Part shown: positions 1 to 9,018 of the stretch, piece by piece
Numbering within the stretch: position 1 is the first letter of the stretch
How the letters are laid out: each line of letters opens with the position of its first letter
Source of the DNA: Planctomycetota bacterium
GTDB taxonomy: Bacteria; Planctomycetota; Planctomycetia; Planctomycetales; Planctomycetaceae
Direction: 5' to 3'
Length of the DNA: 64,000 nucleotides
Assembly (NCBI GenBank): GCA_046074585.1
Contig: JBJTOM010000512.1
Location: 1,478-65,477 of the forward strand
Made by a program: the position numbers and the translations under genes
The notes under the pieces: model-generated
What the model was told of the DNA's origin: nothing
Seen by the model: the letters and a program-made list of their open reading frames with translations, nothing else
The model's database searches: none

Positions 1-680
1 TCCAGCAGCAGTCAATCCTGCTCAGCATGGCCCAGCGGGCTGATGTGGTGATCGACTTCACTGATGCACCCAACGAAGTCTTCCTCGAGAACATCCTTTC
101 TCAGGACAGTGGCCGTGGCCCGAACGGCGCCTTTGCCCGTCGCGTTCATCAGGCTCCCATGCGTCATTTGAAGTTTGTCGTCGAAGGTCCTCCTCAGCCG
201 AACTCCGCGACTGTCGACGTGGGCACCCCGCTTCGACCTCACGAAGTGATCAATCCGGCCGAGGCAGTCGTCACTCGTACATTTGACTTTCATCGTCGCA
301 ACGGTGCCTGGCAGATCAATAACCAGTTCTTTGATCCAACTGTTGCCAACGCCGCGCCAACGCTGGGTTCGGTCGAAAAGTGGATCCTTCGCAACAATAG
401 TGGTGGCTGGTGGCATCCAATCCATATTCACCTCGAATCACACCAGCTGCTCAGCTTCAACGGGGGACCACCACCTACCGAGCTCAGCTGGAAGAACGAT
501 ACCACCATTCTGGATGGTGGCGGGGTCGTCGAATTGCTCATGCGGTTCCGCACCTTCAAGGGACCGTTCGTCTTCCATTGCCACAATGTGGACCATGAAG
601 ACATGCGGATGATGTTCCACTTCGATCCCCGCACCACACCCACTCAGTCGCCAACACTGATTCAGGCCAGCTATCCCTGA
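1..680 (+). CDS. Multicopper oxidase, C-terminal part (5' end lies upstream of the window)
   Basis: The frame of ORF 27..680 stays open back to nt 3, so the gene is truncated by the window edge. It carries the C-terminal copper-ligand motifs WHPIHIHLESH and HCHNVDHEDMRMM (HCHxxxHxxxxM). Confidence 0.85.
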   Translation, partial: QQQSILLSMAQRADVVIDFTDAPNEVFLENILSQDSGRGPNGAFARRVHQAPMRHLKFVVEGPPQPNSATVDVGTPLRPHEVINPAEAVVTRTFDFHRRNGAWQINNQFFDPTVANAAPTLGSVEKWILRNNSGGWWHPIHIHLESHQLLSFNGGPPPTELSWKNDTTILDGGGVVELLMRFRTFKGPFVFHCHNVDHEDMRMMFHFDPRTTPTQSPTLIQASYP

Positions 681-787
681 CCGAAAACGATCCATAGCCA
701 CCGGCGGGCCGTAAAGCCTGCCCGAATCACACGCTGGTGTTTCTCTCTTCAGAACTCCCAGACCAAATTCACTTCGATGGAAGAATC

Positions 788-1753
788 ATGTCATCTCACA
801 CCTCGACTCACATCAAATCGCATTCTCTCCTGATGTTCCGCGCCGAAGTCGCTCTGCTCCTGACGGTCGTCAGTGCCGGTGCATGGATGGGGCTCCCGGG
901 CTGTTCATCCACCGTTGCTCAGCCAGCCAAAACATCCAATGTCGTCCCCGGAAACGCCTCTGGCAACCCGACCGGCGAATTCGGTACTGAAGCAGCCTTC
1001 AGGCATCTGGTTGAGCGGACGGACAAGATGGATGCCCGGCCACTTCAGTCCACTACCGGCCCCCGTGTCTCTGATCAATTCCCGGATGTTGTCCTGACAA
1101 GTCATCGCAACGAAGCACTCCACTTCCGCTCAGACCTTGTCCGTGATCGCATCGTCTGTATCGCCATGTTCTACACGCGCTGCACAGGAACCTGCCCCGG
1201 CACCATCTCAAAGGTGCTCGCTCTGCGCCGCTCGCTTAGTGAGGAATTCGGTCCAGAGAATCTGCACTTTGTCTGTATTACGCTGGATCCGGATCATGAC
1301 GACGTCAGGCAACTCAGAACGTTCGCTGACCAGCTGGGGGTCGTCGACTCCCCTGAGCTCGCCCGGATCCACTTCTGCACGGGCGATCAACATGACATCG
1401 ACGCCATTCGCCGCGCAGTCGGGATGTACGATCTTGATCCCGAAATCGACTCGGATCGCAGCCAGCACGCCGCGATGATTGTGACCGGCAATGATCGCTA
1501 TAACCGGTGGGCAGCGTCACCAGCCGGGCTGAAAATCACTGACCTTCACGAAACCGCACTTCGCATCGCTGGGGAATCAGAACGCCAGCGGTTCTCGGCG
1601 CGGTTCGCCAGCGACAGTGGATTTTCGCTGACAGCACTCAGAAAGACTGACGGTGACAGCAAAAAGACCACGCATGCCTGCTGCGAATTGACTCAGGGTG
1701 GCAAAGCCGCAGCCTATTGTTCGGAAACGACAAAGGCTGCAGAAGGGAATTAA
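788..1753 (+). CDS. SCO1/SenC-family copper chaperone / thiol-disulfide protein
   Basis: CxxxC motif in FYTRCTGTCPGT, followed by FVCITLDPDHDD, typical of SCO proteins. N-terminal hydrophobic anchor AEVALLLTVVSAGAW. ATG 788 is preferred over the GTG at 737. It sits next to a multicopper oxidase. Confidence 0.8.
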   Translation: MSSHTSTHIKSHSLLMFRAEVALLLTVVSAGAWMGLPGCSSTVAQPAKTSNVVPGNASGNPTGEFGTEAAFRHLVERTDKMDARPLQSTTGPRVSDQFPDVVLTSHRNEALHFRSDLVRDRIVCIAMFYTRCTGTCPGTISKVLALRRSLSEEFGPENLHFVCITLDPDHDDVRQLRTFADQLGVVDSPELARIHFCTGDQHDIDAIRRAVGMYDLDPEIDSDRSQHAAMIVTGNDRYNRWAASPAGLKITDLHETALRIAGESERQRFSARFASDSGFSLTALRKTDGDSKKTTHACCELTQGGKAAAYCSETTKAAEGN

Positions 1754-1841
1754 GGCTGCAGAGATCGTGATTTCGTGCAGTTGTCTGTCGAAAGCGACTG
1801 ATCGGGTGAACATTCTGGACACGTGCACCGGTGCCGCCGCA

Positions 1842-3005
1842 CTAGTTCTCCAGCGCTTTTACAGCCACCGGCAGGTCCCTGTCAGCTATGCCCAGGACAC
1901 CACGACCTTCGTTCAGGCGATCTTCCACGTCGTATCGAATATCGTCACAGTCGATTTTCCAGAACTCTTCGATGGCGTCGCGGGACATGGGACTGGCTGG
2001 TCTCAACAGGCGAAACCCCACGCCGCGTGCGGGATCCGTTGTAAACCACCAGGGACTGCGGGGCAGGTTGGGATCGTATTCCTTCCAATGTTCGTCATCG
2101 GAGGCGAGCCGTGACGAGGAGCGGCAGTGGGTTGCGGGGAATTCCCATGATCCGCCACGGACGACGCGGGGGTCCGGTTTGGTGCTGCGGACCCAGTTTT
2201 CCGATGCCTGCAGCGCGTCGGCAGCTTTGTAAGCGTCGTATCCATCAACAACCCACTCAGCGACATTACCGTGAATGTCGTAGAGCCCGAAGGGGTTGGG
2301 TTTCTTCTGTCGTACGATTTTGGAGCCGGATTTGTTGGAATTGGCTTCAAACCACGCATATTCCCCCAGCATTTCAGCGTTGCTGCCGAAAGACCAGGCA
2401 CTCGTGGAGCCTCCGCGGCAGGCATATTCCCATTCCGCTTCCGTGGGCAGGCGAAACTGCTGACTGGTGATTGCCGACAGCCATTTTGTGTACTGTTTCG
2501 CGGCATACTGCGTCATGGACACAGCCGGCTGTCGCGGATCATCCCCGAATTCAAACGTGAAGTCCGGCTCGTAGAGAGGCGTGGGTGCTGTCACCGCATC
2601 GATCCGGTTTTCGTCCGTCACAAGGCGAAGACCGCGGGCCTGAAATTCCTTGAGGTGCCGATAGAGCTGCATGAAGAGCCGGTATTCCGCCCAGGTCACT
2701 TCGCATTCGCCCATCCAGAAGGGAGCAACCGTAAAGGATCTCTGCGGACCTTCGTCGGCATTTCGGCCGGACTCATTTTCCGGACTACCCATCACAAACT
2801 GACCGCCGGGAATGGGGATCATCCTGAATACCACGTCCGTTCCGGGAATGGTCGTCTCGTACGGGACCATCCAGCCAGTCCCGAACGGTACAGCAGGACC
2901 TTCTGTCGGCTTTGCTTGTGCAATACCCGGTGTCTGCCCGCAGGCGATCACGGCCAGCAGGTGCAGAGAAACGACAGCAAAAGACGCCGCTATGATCGAG
3001 CGCAT
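1842..3005 (-). CDS. Formylglycine-generating enzyme (SUMF1/FGE-sulfatase) family protein
   Basis: Motifs HGNVAEWVVD, RGGSWEF and YACRGGS are characteristic of the FGE-sulfatase domain. The internal ATG at 3005 (MRSIIAASFAVVSLHLLAV signal) is preferred, because the 443-aa ORF would overlap the upstream gene. Confidence 0.85.
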   Translation of the reverse strand: MRSIIAASFAVVSLHLLAVIACGQTPGIAQAKPTEGPAVPFGTGWMVPYETTIPGTDVVFRMIPIPGGQFVMGSPENESGRNADEGPQRSFTVAPFWMGECEVTWAEYRLFMQLYRHLKEFQARGLRLVTDENRIDAVTAPTPLYEPDFTFEFGDDPRQPAVSMTQYAAKQYTKWLSAITSQQFRLPTEAEWEYACRGGSTSAWSFGSNAEMLGEYAWFEANSNKSGSKIVRQKKPNPFGLYDIHGNVAEWVVDGYDAYKAADALQASENWVRSTKPDPRVVRGGSWEFPATHCRSSSRLASDDEHWKEYDPNLPRSPWWFTTDPARGVGFRLLRPASPMSRDAIEEFWKIDCDDIRYDVEDRLNEGRGVLGIADRDLPVAVKALEN

Positions 3006-3042
3006 GAATTGCGAGCTTTCCGTTTTTCGGTGAATGATGGGA

Positions 3043-4440
3043 CTAACCGCGTGGAGTGTTGCCGGGAGGACGAGGTGGCGTTTTGGCCGCCTTTTTGGCC
3101 GGTGCGCCGCTGCTGAACACACGCTGGACCTCTTCGAGTGAGGTTTTGCCCTCTGCCACAAGGCGAATGGCATCTTTCTGGAGGGTGGTTTGCCCCTCGG
3201 AATTCATCTGAGCTCGGACAGCTTCCGGACTGAGTTTTGTGGCGACGACTTCCTTCATGCTGTCGGACATCTCCAGCAGTTCAAATGCGGCGATGCGACC
3301 GTGATAAGGTACACCCGCACACGGCTTGCACAATTCCTCGATCGTCGGGGCCTTGGGGTCATCGGGGGGCGGGGGTGATGGTGCGCGGTAGAGCACTGTT
3401 GTTTCGGGAGGCAGCCCCAGCTTTTTCAGCAGCAGCGGATTGGGTCGGAATGCCTGTTTGCAGTCGTCGCAGAGTTTGCGGATGAGTTTCTGTGTGAGGA
3501 CTGCGCGCAGTCCCTTGATGACGGCATCTGCTCCAACCCACTCGATGACCTTCTTTAAGGCTTCGAAAGGAGTATTTGCGGGGATTTCGACGATGAATGC
3601 CAGCCGATCCGCGTATTGGAAAATCACCTGAGCATCCTGGGGGTTGAGCGGATTCATGAACAGCACATCCGCCTCGCGGCGGAGAATGCGGTCGAATGAG
3701 ATTTCGAGGTCGTGTCCTTCCTCGGGCTTAAAATCCGTCACATTAATCAACTCTTTCCCCTTCAGATCCGCAAGATTGAAGACCTGATAAAGATAGGGAT
3801 CCACGCAGTGCAGCGCGACAATGGAGAGTGTGGTGACGCCGGAGTCCGGCGGGCCGCAAACCAGAACAATACCTGAACGATCCGCGGTCATATTGCGGAG
3901 TTTCGTTTTCATTGCCTCTGGCATCCCGACCTCGGTTGGACGCTGTCGGACCACTTTTCGATTTTCGATCTTCACCCGCAGTTTCTCTGCGCCACCTCCG
4001 ACAGGGGCGGAATCGACCATCAGATTCCATCCGATTTTGTCGAACTCTGCCTTGATACCGCCGAAGTGGGCTGCTGAACGGTCTTCAGGATTGAGCCCGG
4101 CGAGGAGTTTCACCACCTGAATCATGGCCATGCCCTTCGGCCCTGGAATCACTCCCGCCGGATAAGGCATGCCGTCGATCATATAACGCACGGAGACCCG
4201 GCCTTCGCGCGGTTCGAGCTGTATCGTGTGGGCGCGTCGCGAGAGAGCGTCAGAGAACATCTGTTTGACGGGGACAAGCGCTGCCTGCACCAGTCGTGCA
4301 TGAGCCTTCAGGTTTGCCTCGCGCCCAAACATGGGCCCCTGAAACAGCACCTGCTCAACATCTGCGGCCTCAGGGCTTTCGGCTGCTCCTTTGGCCGCTG
4401 CTTTCGGGTCAACTTTTTTGGGATCCGGTTTCCCTGCCAT
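3043..4440 (-). CDS. GspE/PilB-family (T2SS/T4P ATPase-like) protein with degenerate nucleotide-binding motifs
   Basis: The overall layout matches the T2SSE family, including the C-terminal CDDC...CKPC tetracysteine and GRIAAFELLEM. The Walker A position reads GPPDSGVTT, with no Lys. The start is taken at ATG 4440 (MAGKPDPKK). Confidence 0.7.
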   Translation of the reverse strand: MAGKPDPKKVDPKAAAKGAAESPEAADVEQVLFQGPMFGREANLKAHARLVQAALVPVKQMFSDALSRRAHTIQLEPREGRVSVRYMIDGMPYPAGVIPGPKGMAMIQVVKLLAGLNPEDRSAAHFGGIKAEFDKIGWNLMVDSAPVGGGAEKLRVKIENRKVVRQRPTEVGMPEAMKTKLRNMTADRSGIVLVCGPPDSGVTTLSIVALHCVDPYLYQVFNLADLKGKELINVTDFKPEEGHDLEISFDRILRREADVLFMNPLNPQDAQVIFQYADRLAFIVEIPANTPFEALKKVIEWVGADAVIKGLRAVLTQKLIRKLCDDCKQAFRPNPLLLKKLGLPPETTVLYRAPSPPPPDDPKAPTIEELCKPCAGVPYHGRIAAFELLEMSDSMKEVVATKLSPEAVRAQMNSEGQTTLQKDAIRLVAEGKTSLEEVQRVFSSGAPAKKAAKTPPRPPGNTPRG

Positions 4441-4563
4441 GGACTCTGTCCTGCCAAGTGAACAAAAACAAACGGTCGCCAATCAGGAACTGATTTCCCG
4501 CCAGGCTGGCACTGTACGGCACAACGCGAGGGGAATCCACTTCGGCGAGCGACAATGGACGTT

Positions 4564-6687
4564 TCAGGGAGAAATCCTGGCCAGTCGCGCCGCTTCGTCC
4601 GCTGTGAGGGCTCTGGAAAAAATTGCAGGCTCGTCCAGTCGCCCTTCCCAGTTGGCGGAGTTATCGCTGCGGCCCCCCAGCCAGATCTGAGGAATCGTTA
4701 CCTCGGCCGACTTGCCGGAAAACTCTGGTTTCCCATTCAGATAGACCCCAAATCGCTCGCCGTCCCGCACGAACAGCAGGTGGTTCCATGTCCAGCGAGG
4801 AATCTCGGTTGGGCCTGCCAGCACCTCGCCACTGCTACCCTGAAAGATCAGCTTCCCTGGACTGGCGGAACTGCCACCAATCCCAAGATGCTCACCAAAT
4901 CGGCTCACACCACCGTCGTGGTCCCGGGAATACAGCCAGCCGGCAACTTCACGCCCGGTCGCTGGCATGCCATTCCAGAACCACATGGAGACCGAATACT
5001 GACTCGCCAGATCTTCAGCTTGAAATGCCAGTCGACCACCACAAAAGTGCATGCAGCGATTGCTCACTCCAATGCCACAGAACGACTCACTCGCTGGTCC
5101 CTCCAGCCAGAATGTCACACCGGGCTCAATCTGCGCGTGCCTGTGATGACCGCTGGAATCCGCAGCCAGCGGGGCGTGAAATTCGTGCAGACGCCACCAT
5201 GCGAGTGGTCGCAGAGTCCGGATCTGCTCTGCCGCCGTCCCCTCGGGCAGCCGCCACGGTCGCCGTTGTTGACCACTGACAGACTCCAGCAGCCGAATGG
5301 CGCTCTGAGCAATCCGTGGCTCCGCCGTCACTTCCAGTCCTGCTGAACGAGCTGCCCACGTGTTGTAGCCTCCGAGGGGATGCTGTTCCGGAGGTGGAAT
5401 GTAGCCATCGCCACCATTTGCCAATTCAATCACCATGGTGTCCGTCAGCGGACTGGCAGCCTTGATCTTGAGCCCCGTAACGGCGTAGGTCTCGTTGGGG
5501 GTTGTGGCAATTCCAATCTCGCCGATTCGCAGGGCCTGCACCACCACTTCCGTCCGCTGCAGCTCATGCAGCAGGAGCTGCTCTCTTGCATAAACCTGCA
5601 CCTGGTCCTTCGGCTGCTGGCCGGACAACGGTTCCACAATTCGCTGAGCCCAATCGAGTAACTGCCGATTTGGTACGCGGTAAACCATCGGCAAACGCTC
5701 TTCCGCCATGGAAATGGTCACGTCAGAGCGATACTGCACCTGGGAAAAGGCCTGCAATGCCAATTCGCCGAGTCCCACCGCATACTCCTCAATCTTCAGC
5801 TGCGGATTCCACGTCTCAGGATGCCGGTAGTCACGTCTCCAGATATCGCCACTGCAGCCGTGCGACATCATCGCCACGAAACCTGATCCCGGAGAAATTC
5901 CACGCTCCAGATGGCCAGCAAACAATCCAAAATAATCTGCACTGATGTCGCTGTCACCGAAGTAGTGCATGGAGAAATTCGCCAGCACTGCGAGCGGTTG
6001 CCCCCCGACCGTCTGCACTGAAATCAGGGACAATTCAGGATCTTCCGGTCCCGCCTCGCCCGTCACGTCGTCCAGATTGGCGCCGGCATGCATATTTGCA
6101 CGGACCGTGCGATTGCCGAAAGGATCCTCCACAACGCGATCCGGACGACGAATCCACTGCCGAAGTGCGGTGTAGTCCGGTGCGGGAATTCGAGCAAATC
6201 CGATCCGCGCAGGCTCCTGTTTCGCCTGAGCCGCAACGATCGACTCTACCAGACGCTCGCGCAGAAACGGCACGTAGTCCGGGTCGGCGTCCGTCCCCAG
6301 ACACCCCATCGAGGCCGGTGCCGAATGCGCGTGGGTAGCCGCGATGAGCATTTGGCCTGCCGGAATACCCGTTCGAGCAGCCGCCAGCGCCTTCACATCA
6401 TCAAGGAACTGGCGACTCATCATGCAGCTGTCCACAATCACAATCGCCAGACTTGTGGCTCCGTCGCTGCAGACAAGTGTTCGTGCGGTCACTGGAGTTT
6501 TCACTTTGTCCAGACTGCGACTTGTCATGCCACCGTTGACCAGCACTGGAAACTTCTGCGGCGTGACATCAACCACCGCCGCACCTGCCCTGAAGACGCC
6601 GTCTTTCGCCGCGCCGATCGGCAAACACCAAACAGACACCAACGCCGCCAAAGTGAGCCGCATTACGTGCGGCATGGTCCGTTGCAT
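4564..6687 (-). CDS. Secreted neutral/alkaline-ceramidase-like N-terminal domain protein with C-terminal LamG (concanavalin-like) domain
   Basis: Signal peptide MRLTLAALVSVWCLPIGA. N-terminal pattern VDVTP...ARTLVCSDG...IVIVDSC...IAATHAHSAP resembles the ceramidase-like hydrolase family. The C-terminal LNGKPEFSGK...WLGGRS...WEGRLDEPAIFSRALTADEA is LamG-like. Confidence 0.6.
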   Translation of the reverse strand: MQRTMPHVMRLTLAALVSVWCLPIGAAKDGVFRAGAAVVDVTPQKFPVLVNGGMTSRSLDKVKTPVTARTLVCSDGATSLAIVIVDSCMMSRQFLDDVKALAAARTGIPAGQMLIAATHAHSAPASMGCLGTDADPDYVPFLRERLVESIVAAQAKQEPARIGFARIPAPDYTALRQWIRRPDRVVEDPFGNRTVRANMHAGANLDDVTGEAGPEDPELSLISVQTVGGQPLAVLANFSMHYFGDSDISADYFGLFAGHLERGISPGSGFVAMMSHGCSGDIWRRDYRHPETWNPQLKIEEYAVGLGELALQAFSQVQYRSDVTISMAEERLPMVYRVPNRQLLDWAQRIVEPLSGQQPKDQVQVYAREQLLLHELQRTEVVVQALRIGEIGIATTPNETYAVTGLKIKAASPLTDTMVIELANGGDGYIPPPEQHPLGGYNTWAARSAGLEVTAEPRIAQSAIRLLESVSGQQRRPWRLPEGTAAEQIRTLRPLAWWRLHEFHAPLAADSSGHHRHAQIEPGVTFWLEGPASESFCGIGVSNRCMHFCGGRLAFQAEDLASQYSVSMWFWNGMPATGREVAGWLYSRDHDGGVSRFGEHLGIGGSSASPGKLIFQGSSGEVLAGPTEIPRWTWNHLLFVRDGERFGVYLNGKPEFSGKSAEVTIPQIWLGGRSDNSANWEGRLDEPAIFSRALTADEAARLARISP

Positions 6688-7039
6688 GGTTGTAACTCCC
6701 AGGTCAAGGGGCTGCAGAAATCATCGGGATTCTAGCCTGCGGCCCCGCCTGAACACCAGCGACAGGGCAGGGGGGCTCCGGGATGACAAAACGGTGTTAC
6801 GGGCGCCTGAATTCGTGTGGCGGACACCACACCGGACCATTCCCCCGCCACGCATCGCTCGGGGGATGTGTACGCCTACCCATCCCCCCACCCCGCCCCA
6901 GGGGAGGTGTCTGTCCGAGCGGCAAACGCCTGGCAGAAGCGATTCTGGCCGCACCGGCTGACTGACATCGGGCGCACGCCGGGAGTGCTCGCCTGTCTGG
7001 CGTAACGGGACTGACTCCCCGCAGATAAATCTGCACTTT

Positions 7040-7068
7040 TTGCAGAATTAATGAATGTTTTTTATGTT
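7040..7068 (+). promoter_or_regulatory. Putative sigma70-type promoter of the RHH gene (TTGCAG-N17-TATGTT)
   Basis: TTGCAG at 7040-7045, a 17-nt spacer, and TATGTT at 7063-7068, about 60 nt upstream of ATG 7128. It lies in a conspicuously AT-rich tract (7021-7110). Confidence 0.3.
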
Positions 7069-7127
7069 TCTAAACTTGATTTTTGATTTGGATGCTCGAT
7101 AATCACAGGCGAGTGAGGGGGGATTTT

Positions 7128-7337
7128 ATGAGCAAGCGAACAATGACATTGAATCTGACGGACCGTGAAATGCAGGTTCTGGACGAACTTTGTGCCAGGA
7201 AGGGGCTGAACAAGACGGCTCTTCTGCGACAGGCTTTGCGGCTGTATCAGACAGTCGACCAAAGGCTGGAACAGGGAGAGAGGCTGATTTTTGAGAGCAG
7301 CGACAAAACTGAAAAGGCGGAGCTCGTTGTGCTGTGA
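7128..7337 (+). CDS. Ribbon-helix-helix (CopG/RHH) DNA-binding protein, antitoxin-like
   Basis: MSKRTMTLNLTDREMQVLDELCARKGLNKTALLRQALRLY fits the RHH pattern of a beta-strand and two helices. A purine-rich GAGGGGGG lies 7-14 nt upstream of ATG 7128. The stop overlaps the GTG of the downstream GNAT remnant (GTGA at 7334-7337). Confidence 0.7.
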   Translation: MSKRTMTLNLTDREMQVLDELCARKGLNKTALLRQALRLYQTVDQRLEQGERLIFESSDKTEKAELVVL

Positions 7338-7926
7338 ATGCCCGGTTTTCCCAGATCTTTCTCCGCGACGGTGCTTTTGGGGGGGGATGGTTGCGGCGAC
7401 TCTTTACGATGCCATCCTGCCCAGACATCTGGACGACCACGAGCAACGCTGGAAGCCACTTTTGGAATCCGCTGCAGTCGAGCACGGTCACGGGGACTGG
7501 TGAAAAAAGGTCCGATACTATTCGGCCCGACTCAGTCATCAGTCGTTTGCAATTGAGTGTGCGGGTATGGTGCAGGGGATGATGATTGTAAATACCATCG
7601 GGCGGTGTCGCATTTCATCGCAGGCAAACAGGCACGTTGTGTATGTCGAGTATCTTGAGGCTGCTCCATGGAATCGCGGGCCAGTACAGGGGTATGGGGA
7701 CCGTGATGATTGCAGCGGCGATTCAGCTCCGCCTTGACGAAGGGAATCAGGGGCGTCTGGGCCTGCTTCGCTTCCTCAGGCAGATGGTTCCTGCAGAGGC
7801 CTCTGCGGTATGACAGACCTGTGGCCGGACACGTCCTCAGGCACTTGTTTTCCCCTGCGATACTTTGAAATGACCCAATCGCAGGCAGCAAGTTTTTTGA
7901 CGGTGCCGAATTCAAATGAACCTTAA
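7334..7926 (+). pseudogene. GNAT-family N-acetyltransferase pseudogene (frameshifts plus an in-frame stop), toxin-like partner of the RHH gene
   Basis: GNAT-like segments lie in different frames: FAIECAGMVQGMMIVNT...HVVYVEYLEAAPWNRGP, then QYRGMGTVMIAAAIQLRLDEGNQGRLGL (Q-x-x-G-x-G acetyl-CoA loop), then SLPQADG...CGMTDLWPD...LRYFEMTQSQAASFL. The lesions are a G8 run at 7379-7386, TGA at 7501-7503, and frame switches near 7680 and 7770. Confidence 0.6.
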
Positions 7927-8232
7927 CCTTCCCAGGGCATGGTTTTAAAAAGAGCATTTCTGGTGGCGATCAGGAAATCGGCGCGGGCCGTCCGGCGGGT
8001 GAATTCGGCTCTCATCGCCGCAAATCCGCAACAGACGTGCTGCAGGTCGGTGAATCCGAGGCCGCCTGCTCGGTGGAAGTTTCTGTCCAATGCTCGATCG
8101 CCGAGGACGCCGCTCAACAATCCGGCGAATCCCAGGTGCCACCCGGTTGACGCTGACTGCAGGGGGGGCGACGAGGGTTGCTGTCCCGCGGACGGCAGGC
8201 GGGAGCGATCGTTTATGGGCTGCGCGGGCCGG

Positions 8233-8631
8233 TCAGACTGAAGTGCGATTCACGGTCAGCTGCAGATCGCCGGTCGCCTGAGGCAGGTGGATGGTCAGCT
8301 GCAGCTCGGCGTCTCCTCCAAGTTCCTGTGCCATCGCGGAGAGTTCGTGGGCACCAACAGCATGGTAAGCTTCCACCAGTTCTCGCCAGACGAACCGTCG
8401 CGTGGGGCGTGGCATCATTCTGGCGGCTTTTTCCAGATCACCGATCGCGCCGTGGAAGTCGCCAAGTTGTTTCTTTGCCATCCCCAGCATCAGCAGGCGG
8501 GGGCCCTCCAGCGGTCCGGCGGCAGGAATGTTTTCAAGTTCTGCAGCGGCCCTGTCAGCGAGGCCGAGATCGAGATATCCATCGGCGGCAAGCAGTCGTC
8601 GGACAGCTCTGGGGGTCATCTGCGTTCTCAT
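8233..8631 (-). CDS. Hypothetical protein (TPR-like helical repeat)
   Basis: A 132-aa ORF with helical-repeat-like composition (LGLADRAAAELENI...LGMAKKQLGDFHGAIGDLEKAARMMP). No specific family was recognised. Confidence 0.45.
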   Translation of the reverse strand: MRTQMTPRAVRRLLAADGYLDLGLADRAAAELENIPAAGPLEGPRLLMLGMAKKQLGDFHGAIGDLEKAARMMPRPTRRFVWRELVEAYHAVGAHELSAMAQELGGDAELQLTIHLPQATGDLQLTVNRTSV

Positions 8632-9018
8632 GGGTCAGCTCCTGAAAGTGAGACAGTCACTCCGTTGGTTTGTAATCAAACTGACTATTCGACTCAGCAA
8701 AGGGTGAGCCAAACGCAACAGGATTTTGGCTGGAATCCATAAATGCCTTTGCTGCTGGACTTTGCAATGCAGGGTGGGTTGCTGAAGGCATGCGTTGAGT
8801 CTGCCAAAACTACAAAACCGACGCTTGAACCTGCCTAAAAAACCGCCAAAACCGGCAGATTTTGCCGATGCCAGTGCAGTTTTTACAATTCGGGCGATGG
8901 TGTGCTTGCGGAATCCGAAGATTTCACCGACGAAAGAGGTGGATTTTGTTTGCAAACACCGTCGACTGCTCGTACTGCCTGACGCAGACGTGTTTGCCTT
9001 CGCCCGGACTTTTCCGTT

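Noticed and set aside
6885-6909. ccccaccccgccccaggggaggtg considered as a fourth copy of repeat module A
   Set aside because: It shares only the C-run/G-run hairpin idea, not collinear sequence. It is mentioned in the repeat finding but not annotated as a copy.
7021-7045. Palindrome gcagat-aa-atctgc followed by actttttgc, considered as an intrinsic terminator
   Set aside because: The stem is only 6 bp and AT-rich, and no plus-strand gene ends upstream of it (the nearest gene, 4564-6687, is on the minus strand). It is more likely an operator or part of the AT-rich promoter region.
7923-8232. Minus-strand open frame ending ...AMRAEFTRRTARADFLIATRNALFKTMPWEG. It vaguely resembles the C-terminal part of a PIN/VapC toxin, and its stop overlaps the GNAT remnant stop (TTAA at 7923-7926).
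   Set aside because: There is no ATG. The N-terminal PIN acidic motif is absent in all three frames and the upstream portion is low complexity. The resemblance is too weak to call without a profile search. It would fit the idea of a decayed TA-rich islet, but it is not supported.
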